A stretch of 64,000 nucleotides of DNA, taken from the NCBI GenBank assembly GCA_951406725.2, contig OX597830.1, positions 29,574,001 to 29,638,000 of the forward strand, written 5' to 3'. The stretch's first letter is position 1. Each line of letters opens with the position of its first letter. Made by a program: the position numbers and the translations under genes. Under the pieces are notes generated by a model. That model searched no databases and had not been told where the DNA came from. It saw only the letters and a program-made list of their open reading frames with translations. Shown here in pieces: positions 55,101 to 64,000 of this stretch. The stretch is from Octopus vulgaris. Its lineage: Eukaryota.

Positions 55101-55332
55101 ATTGATTGATTGATTGATTGATTCTAGTTTCAGCTCATGAGCTGTGGCCATGCTGGGGCACCGCCATTTGGTGTTGCTACATGGTTTTACTTCACGAAAG
55201 CTTTTTAGCAACTGCCATTTGGTGCATGAGAGAGTTCGATGCAGCTGCCCTCATCTGCACCTCCTGCCGTGAAGTTGGTTCATCTGGGATACCCGACAGG
55301 AAGAGATCCAGTTTCATTTTAAAGACATCCGA
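55101..55332 (-). pseudogene. 3' end of a CR1-group LINE (ORF2 C-terminus, 3' UTR and (CAAT)n tail)
   Basis: Minus-strand translation DVFKMKLDLFLSGIPDEPTSRQEVQMRAAASNSLMHQ…*, then GGCGGTGCCCCAGCATGGCCACAGCTCATGAGCTGAAAC and tandem tail repeats. Confidence 0.75.
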
Positions 55333-55417
55333 TGTTTATTTTTTAATAACGAATAGCTGTTATATATATATATATATATATGTGTGTATGTGTGTGTGCA
55401 TGTGGATGTGTGTGTAT

Positions 55418-55517
<100 letters not shown>

Positions 55518-55920
55518 ATCATTCACTGTACAGTGTACTGCGAGATTCGAAACGGTGATTCGCATATTTTTTTTTACTATATCCTGGCAGATTCGAACGC
55601 ACATAGAAAATTATTTCATTTCGAAAATGTTCGAAAGCACTCTGCAAATTTGTTTTCTATGTTCTCTTTTCCATTGTTTAAAAATTTTGATATTTAATCA
55701 TTTCTAGTAAAAAACATTTGGCCTGCTAGCAGAATCGTTAGCACCCCTGACAAAATGCTTAGCGCCATTCCACACTGAGTTCAAATTACGCCCTAGTGGA
55801 CAAAATAAGAATGAGTTCAATACTGGGGACTCAATAATTGATTTGTTTCCTCACCCGAATGTGCTGACCATGTACTAAAATTTGAAAGCGAATATCTCCT
55901 GATAACTGTAACTTTAATGT

Positions 55921-56154
55921 AGAGGCGCAATGGCCTAGTGGTTAGGGCAGCGGACTCGCGGTCGCAGGATCGCGGTTTCGATTCTCAGACCGGGCGTTGT
56001 GTGTGTTTATTGAGCGAAAACACCTAAAAAGCTCTACGAGGCTCCGGCAGGGGGTGGTGATCCCTGCTGTACTCTTTCACCACAATGGCGGTGCCCCAGC
56101 ATGGCCACAGCTCAAGAGCTGAAACTGGAAAAACAAAACAAAAAAAAAAAAAAA
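55921..56154 (+). mobile_element. SINE family C head fused directly to the LINE 3' tail
   Basis: Head as at 61667; 56085-56126 matches the 55125-55167 LINE end; A-rich tail. Confidence 0.88.
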
Positions 56155-56449
56155 CTGCTTTTAACATACAGATGAATATTTCTAGACACTGAAATTTTTA
56201 TGTCTTGTCTGTTATTTGCTACCTTCAGGACTTCTGTATAGGAATTTCAGTTGGTATTTTATCCGATGCAATTGCTTCAATATCTTTACAGTGATCAATA
56301 GAACTCATTCATTTGATAACGATAATAAATGAAATCTGTAATAATAATAAACTGCATATTGTGTTTGTGTTAAGATTTGTGTATACACAAATGCGTATTC
56401 ACATATATACCTATATCTATATCTATGTATAGAATATAAGAATATGAAT

Positions 56450-56595
56450 AGGCGCAGGCGTCGCTGTGAGGTAAGAGGATTCTTCCAAAGCATATGGTTT
56501 TGGGTTCAGTCCCACTGCATGGTACCTTGGGGAAGTGTTTTCTACTATAGACTTGTGAGTGTATTTGGTACACAGGAACGCAAAGAGGTCCATCG

Positions 56596-56658
<63 letters not shown>

Positions 56659-56900
56659 TTATATATCTATCTATCGGTGTGTGTCTTCGTGTTTGTGGTC
56701 CCATCAATGCTTGACGACCAGTGCTTGGGTGTTGAAGTCCACGTAACTTAGCAGTTCTGCAATAGGGAGTCAATATAATAGGGACCGGGCGTAAAAAGAA
56801 AATTAGTACTATGATCGATACATGTGACTTAAAATTCTTCAAAATGGTACTCCAACATGGCCTCAGTCAAATGACCGAAACCATTGAAAGTATAAAAGAA
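56450..56900 (+). mobile_element. Degenerate SINE family A
   Basis: Head, TA/TG spacer and tail are all recognisable. Confidence 0.8.
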
Positions 56901-56963
56901 TACTTGTGTGAATGCGTGCATGTACTAAATATCTACGTATGTGTGTGTGTATATATACATATG

Positions 56964-57192
56964 TTTCTTTATTAGCCACAAGGGGCTAAACATAGAGGGG
57001 ACAAACAAGGACAGACAAACGAATTAAGTCGATTACATCGACCCCAGTACGTAGCTGGTACTTAATTTATCGACCTCGAAAGGATGAAAGGCAATGTCAA
57101 CCTCGGCGGAAATTGAACTTCGAACGTAACGGCAGACGAAATACGGCTACGCATTTCGTTCGGCGTGCTAAAGATTCTGCCAGCTCGCCGCT
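56964..57192 (-). mobile_element. SINE family B monomer
   Basis: Full unit plus head. Confidence 0.88.
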
Positions 57193-57194
57193 TT

Positions 57195-57418
<224 letters not shown>

Positions 57419-57966
57419 AAACATACAGAGGAGCATAGTCATTCATGTATAGATGTATATAATCTAATTAACTGAAGAAAAACAATATACGTATGTATCG
57501 ATTAAATTTCATTGTCTACCAAATATTAACATCCTTTAAATCCGAACAGTCATACACATGATTTTCCCCACTCCCTTTCTCTCTCTTTGTCTGTTTGTCT
57601 GTTTCTCTCTCTCTCTCTCACTCTCTCTCTCTCTCTCTCTCTCTTTGTCAACCATCTCACTTCATTCTCTTTCTTCCATTTACTTTCATTGTCTCTTTCC
57701 ATGTCTTTGTTTACCCTCCATATGCATTCTACTTCCTGCACTCGTACTCAAAAATCCTCTCTCGCAGAATATCATCCTCACGTGCACATGCTCTCACAAG
57801 GCTCCCCAACTCACTCGATATTCATCCACCCACTCACAAAATCATTTTATTGTTTATTCCTTTCTTTCAAACAGTTTTTTCTTTCATATTTTTTCATTCT
57901 TTGTTTCTTATTTTCATTTCTTATATCTCGCATTATTTGATGTATTTATTTAATTACATATTTATA

Positions 57967-58042
<76 letters not shown>

Positions 58043-58573
58043 TATATACTTATACATCAATGTATGTGTCTCGCTGCTAATCTGTCTCATTATTAATCAT
58101 GCGGGTAAATAGCTGAATGTATTGATGGAGTAGGTAATGGTGATGACACAGATTGCAGATTGAAGATAATAAACCTAATGGCAGCCATAGATGAAGAGAA
58201 GAGTATTGTCACTCTTAATAATTACGACCATAAGTAGAAACACAAGAGATAATCACAAAAGCGCTCACTGAATGCTTAGATGATCATTGAATGCAATTTA
58301 TATATATAAACATACACACACACACACTTGGGTATGTATATGCATAAATATATATAAGGATATATATATATATATATTTACGTATCTATGTATGAATATA
58401 TATATGCGTGTGTGTGCGTGTATGCATCTATATACTTAAATGTATATCATCATCTCTATATCACCAATATCTATCTATGAATTACGTATATACATGTGTG
58501 TATATGTGTGTGCATTTGAATGTGTATATATATATGTATACTTATGAGTGTCTGTGCGCATGTGTTTGTGTAT

Positions 58574-58650
<77 letters not shown>

Positions 58651-59496
58651 ATTTATATATATATACATATATATAAATATGCATATGTGTCCGTGTCTTC
58701 TGTTCACAGACAATGATAACAATATTCATACAATATACAATGTATAAATAGCTATGTTATCTCTGCAACAATTTATATTTCAAACGGTTGAATTATAACC
58801 TTTTGTCCGGCAAAACTAATTACTCAAGTATTTAGCGGAGTGTGACAGCAAGTGAACTAGCCTACGTATTTTCATATACTCCCATTGACATGCACCTCTG
58901 CATATTGACAATATAGATATATGCGCATCTCTTATATGTATGCATAAATAAAAGCTATGTGAGAAAATATATTGATATAGATAAGCTTGTATTTTTCATG
59001 GAAACAAGATAATAGAAATTACACTCGTTCCCAGTGAGATTTGCAAGAACTCGGAGTTTAAATCTAAGAGGACTTGGCTTCATATCTTACCGTAGACCAA
59101 GCATTACTCCCGAGAATGTGTGCGCAGATCGTATAAATCATTAGTCTCCAATCATATATGTATGTATTTATGTATGTATGTATATAATACGGTGCCTATG
59201 TATATAATATATGTATATAATACGGTATGTATATAAAACTTGATGGTATTAGTACACTGGAAATTACTAGTACACTTCATCTGCCCTTTGGATGGTGTTA
59301 GTAATATTGGAAGCATTAATAAACTTGATGTGCTCTTTAATGGATTCTGTATTTTATACCGTGGCGTGTTAAAAAAATGAAACGATGTTCAACAGCAAGC
59401 AGGTTTCGTACGGTTGCCATTTACGACCGGAAACCAGGCCATCGAGCGTGTTATATTTTAGTTATATTCCACTTATATAGCACATGAGAATTGTAT

Positions 59497-59732
59497 ATTC
59501 TTTTACTTATTTCAGTCATTTGATTGCGGCCATACTGGAGCACCGTCTTTAGTCGAACAATTCGACCTCAGTATTTATTCTTTGTAAGCCTTGTATTTAC
59601 TGTATCGGTCTCCTTTGCCGAACAGCTTATTTACGGAGACGTAGACAGATCAACATCGGTTGTCAATCGATGGTGGTAGGACAAACACAGACACACAAAT
59701 ACACACACATACTCACACACCCACGCACTCCC

Positions 59733-59783
<51 letters not shown>

Positions 59784-60315
59784 ATATTATAATAACACCA
59801 GAAGACATATATATATATATATATATATATATAAAGAATACCAAAAATGGGATAAGAACGCAAAACATCCAGACAGATAATACAAAAAAGGGACAACAAA
59901 ACATACTGATAAACGATACAAAAATCCTGCTCGGGTTATTCGGAGTTTTTTTTCTTCGGTCGGGTTCCAGATTATCTTTGCAATTTCGGCTGGATATAGT
60001 GAAGGTTGCTCCAATCTGACCAGCCCCAAGAATAAACTAACCTAAGAACGCTAGATTCCTTGTAAGAAAGCAGTGAATACATACGAAAACAAAGACGGGA
60101 AAAACGGAGAAATGGTACATAAATACAAATGCAAATAAGGACATTAACAAACGACTGACTTGTTTCGGTTTCCGATTACCAAATCCACTCGCAGCGCTTT
60201 GGTCGGCCCGAGGCTATAGTTGAAGGCACTTCCCCAAGGTACCACGCAGTGGGACTGAGCCCGGAATCATGTGGTGGGGAAACAGGCTTCCTACCACACA
60301 GCCACCTCTGCGCCT
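59497..60315 (-). mobile_element. SINE family A split by a nested Penelope-like unit (~59830-60155)
   Basis: SINE tail at 59497-59700 and head at 60160-60315. The insert is homologous to 1300-1560 (CAGCCGAAATTGC.AAGAT.ATCTGG). Confidence 0.8.
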
Positions 60316-60785
60316 ACTTATATAAATTATGTGTGTGTGTGTGTATGTGTGCGTGTATAATTGAGTGATAGGGACGTTGTTAATTGAAGCTTGCTACAGC
60401 ATTAAGCAATCGCCTTCACTTATCCAGGTAGTATTTCATTTGTAGTTCTTGTCGTTCTTTTGCTAATGTGTATGTAACTTTTGTTATACTTAATACGGTG
60501 AACTGTGCGCTGTTTTTTTGTTCTTTGTACTTTGTTGTAGTTTATCTCCTAAAGGTTTGCGGAAGCAAGCAATATTCACATACAACCTGATGTCTCTAAT
60601 ACATTGTTTGTACATCATGTTGAACAAGTGTGGTATCTACAATTGCTCTAAGGAAGTTTTGTTCTGCATTTTGTTTTCAGTGTTATGTCTTCTGTATGTG
60701 CTATAAATATGTGAAGTAATATATAACTCTTAGTATTATAATAATTATCGTGTGTGTGTGTGTGTGTGCGTGTGTGCGTAATATA

Positions 60786-61352
60786 TTGGGTTGTCCGGAA
60801 AGTTCTTATCGATTTTTAAAGGAAAGAAAAAGGTCAATAAATACTTGCTATTACATTTTTAATCAACCAAATATGAATCATTTTGTTGCATAATGTATCT
60901 CCATCATTCCTATAACTTCAAAATACCCTCTTCCCAGAATTGAGGTGGTTTCATGGCAAAGAATTTATCAAGATATCTTTTTACGTCATCCAAGGAATTG
61001 AAATGTTTACCGTTAAGACTATTCTGCAGAGACGTGAATAAGAGGAAATCCGAAGGAGCAATATCTGGTGAATATGGAGGGTGGGGTAACACATCCCAGC
61101 CGAGCTGTAGCAACTTTTGTCTGGTTCTCAAAGCATCAAGTGTCGAAAATGAACTTTCTTATCTTCCATTTTAAAGGGTTACAGAATTAACACAGGTTAT
61201 AGGAACATAAAACCTCTTCTACGAAAAACTGTGCTTAAACTGTGCTCTAAATGGAGGTGTAGTGAAATCCTATTTTATGAACTCAACCATTTTCTAAAAT
61301 AAGTCGAAAGGTAAGCTACTATAAATCGGCAAGAATTTTCCGGACAACCCAA
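60786..61352 (-). mobile_element. Internally deleted mariner with both TIRs and TA target duplication
   Basis: TA|TTGGGTTGTCCGGAAA…TTTCCGGACAACCCAA|TA. MEDKKVHFRHL is joined to LLQLGWDVLPHPPYSPDIAPSDF. Confidence 0.92.
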
Positions 61353-61666
61353 TAATTATATTGATGAGTATGATAAGTAAACCATCGTTGTTGTTGCTGA
61401 TAAGATAGGTGAAACTTGATCTGGTCTGGTAAGCTCTTTGTTACGTAATGTTGTAGATCAAGGTTTCTTGTTGATTTAAGTAAATGAAAGAGTTTTGGAG
61501 TAGAAGTGTTTGGAGGATAGTTCTAGGAAGTAAAGTTGTGAGTGTGACGTTCTAGGTTTAGGGAACTCTCTATTCTGTGCAAGTTAAAGAAGCTAGTGTA
61601 GATATAAGTTGAGAAGCATGGGTGGCATGACTGGACTCTGTCTTCTGGTGTTATTATGTTTCACTA

Positions 61667-62050
61667 GGAGGCGCAATGGCCCAGTGGTTAGGGCAGCGGA
61701 CTCGCGGTCGGAGGATCGCGGTTTCGATTCCCAGACCGGGCATTTTGAGTGTTTATTGAGCGAAAACACCTAAAGCTCCACGAAGCTCCGGCAGGGGGTG
61801 GTGGTGAACCCTGCTGTACTCTTTCACCACAACTTTGTCTCGCACTTTCTTCCTGTTTCTGTTGTACATGTATTTCAAAGGGCCAGCCTTGTCACATTCT
61901 GTGTGTCACGCTGAATCTCCTCGAGAACTACGTTAAGGGTACACGTGTCTGTGGAGTGCTCAGCCACTTGCACATTAATATCATGAGCAAGCTGTTCCGT
62001 TGATCGTATCAGCTGGGACCCTCATCGTCGCAACCGACGGAGTGCTCCTA
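61667..62050 (+). mobile_element. SINE family C, full length
   Basis: tRNA-like head (TGGCCCAGTGG…GTTTCGATTCCC); ends in (CTA)n. Confidence 0.9.
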
Positions 62051-62769
62051 CTACTACTATGTTTCACTACGTTATCTTTGTAGCCTGATTTGTAAACTGG
62101 GAGACAGCATTATTCTGGTGTTATTGAATAATTTTGATATGAAAAGTTATTGCAGAATAAACAAGAAAGATTTGGTGACATCGCTGGAAGTTGGTTAAAC
62201 CCTGCTATATTTAATAATAACAGCTCATGGATTTTTTTCAACGATTTGTGAGTAGAGTCGGTTATAATATAGTAATCTCCACCCATGTTGTGATTCGGAA
62301 AAGAGTATGTGTATGATGATGATGATGATGATGATGATGATTAACCTCTCTAGAATATGAGAGGTGGTGCATTGAGTGACTGGCCTTTTGTCTCAAAGAC
62401 GCTAAGATGACTATCAGTCCGTGTGATAGTTTTCAGGACAATCTCGCTCTAATCAGTGCCATCTACAAGGATCAGATGTTATCGTGGCAAAAAGAAACCC
62501 ATTTTTAGTGCTGAGAAGGATACAGCCCGAAACCATGTGACACCCTATATTTCAGCACACGTTACACAACTTATATAAATAGACGAAATATATATTTCTA
62601 AACATTCATATGTTTTGAAGCTGAAGCTTAAGGCCTTTTGTGAATTCAAAGACTTATCTGCATGAAATATTCTTATCATAATGACAATTAATCTGTGTTG
62701 CCTTTCCTATCTTCGTTGGCAAGAATTATCATTGGAACTAAAACTTTTATTTCACTAAGTTTCTAGTAT

Positions 62770-62912
62770 TGTACATTATTTACATTCGACAGATATTTGT
62801 CCTCATCTTGTTTGCTTTTAACACAACGTTTCAGCTGATATACCCTCCAGCCTCCTTCTGGTGTCTTGGGGAAATTTCGAACTTGAGTTCTCATTCCTTA
62901 GATATTTTTCGA

Positions 62913-62993
<81 letters not shown>

Positions 62994-63001
62994 CATTATT
63001 A

Positions 63002-63047
<46 letters not shown>

Positions 63048-63049
63048 CA

Positions 63050-63114
<65 letters not shown>

Positions 63115-63328
63115 TTTTGTTGTTGTTGTTGTTGTTATTGTTGTTGCTGCTGTTCTTCAAGTGATGCTTGGAATCTAACTCGGAATCTTGGGGTTAGTAG
63201 CCTGTACTCTTAACCACTACTCCATATGCCCGTGAGCATATGGCGTAGTGGTTAAGATGGGGACAAATATCTGTCGAATGTAAATAATGTAAATAATGTA
63301 CATAATTCCTCATCTGTTAAATATAGAA
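62770..63328. mobile_element. Palindromic (fold-back) element with head-to-head tRNA-like heads
   Basis: Outer inverted repeat 62772-62809 / 63254-63291; central hairpin 63209-63256. Confidence 0.7.
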
Positions 63329-63344
63329 GTGTTTTTTCTAATAT

Positions 63345-63538
63345 TGGTTTCAAATTTTGAGGGAGGGGGTAAGATAAATACCCCCTCCCCGTCAAAACTG
63401 GTGCTTATTTTATCGATCTCGGAATGATAAAAGGCATATTCGACCTCAGCAGAATTTGAAATCAGAACGAGAGAAACGGACGAAATGCCGCTAAGCTTTA
63501 CAACTGGCGTGGCAACATTTCTGCCAGTTCACCACCCT
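63345..63538 (-). mobile_element. SINE family B (degenerate)
   Basis: TCGACCTCAGCAGAATTTGAAATCAGAAC…TTCTGCCAGTTCACC. Confidence 0.75.
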
Positions 63539-63967
63539 TATTACATTTCTACTATTAATTGGTTAAAAATAGCGTCGGTTTATTACATTGATTAGGTTAC
63601 CCCCATTTAACAATACATACGTTTGAATATATGTTTGAAAATATTGTTATAATATTTTTTAACAATACATTTATTGATTTTTTATTAGATCTCCTCATCG
63701 TGTCGTGTCGGTTTAGACTAATGTTTCCATGAGTTTTCTTCGGAAGCGGAAATGTATGAGCCATATATATCCATGATATTACAGTGTAAGTGGTTGCATA
63801 TTCTTTTACACATATGTGTTCAGGATGTTGCCCACAGGCAGCCTCGCTACAACGCAGTGCAGATCAAGCATGGACCATACAATTGCATAGAAAGAAAATT
63901 CAAATGCCTTTCATATATTTTTCACGTCTATCTTTCACGTCTATCTTTTTGGAAAAAACAGATTATA

Positions 63968-64000
63968 TTGGGTTGTCCGGAAAGATTGTGCCGATTTTTA
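63968..64000. mobile_element. TIR of another copy of the 60786 mariner family (runs off the window)
   Basis: TA|TTGGGTTGTCCGGAAAGATTGTGCCGATTT. Confidence 0.85.

Noticed and set aside
59220-59345. Degenerate ~50-bp tandem repeat
   Set aside because: Only about two poorly matching units are present, with no evident significance.
61667-61740. Functional tRNA gene
   Set aside because: The acceptor stem is not complementary and the sequence continues into a multi-copy SINE body.

Overview
AT-rich, microsatellite-saturated eukaryotic intergenic or intronic DNA. The repeat content (several tRNA-derived SINE families, (TA)n/(TG)n/(TAA)n tracts, Penelope-like and Tc1/mariner remnants) points to an Octopus-type coleoid cephalopod genome (inference). 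I can support no intact host gene, and nearly all listed ORFs are microsatellite translation artefacts. The recognisable coding remnants all come from transposons: a decayed Penelope-like RT/GIY-YIG ORF, two RLE-type (R4/Dong-like) LINE 3' fragments, a CR1-group LINE 3' end and several Tc1/mariner fragments. The most interesting layer is RNA structure. About ten hammerhead-ribozyme (HHR) motifs sit in short non-coding Penelope-associated units inserted in (TA)n tracts. They include minimal type I forms with a palindromic stem III, a 364-bp tandem/inverted retrozyme-like unit, and a candidate non-circularly permuted (pseudoknotted) hammerhead architecture seen three times. Other observations are multimeric SINEs with a shared junction, SINE heads with swappable tails, and near-perfect inverted duplications. 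All base-pairing was checked by eye; nothing was computed or database-searched.
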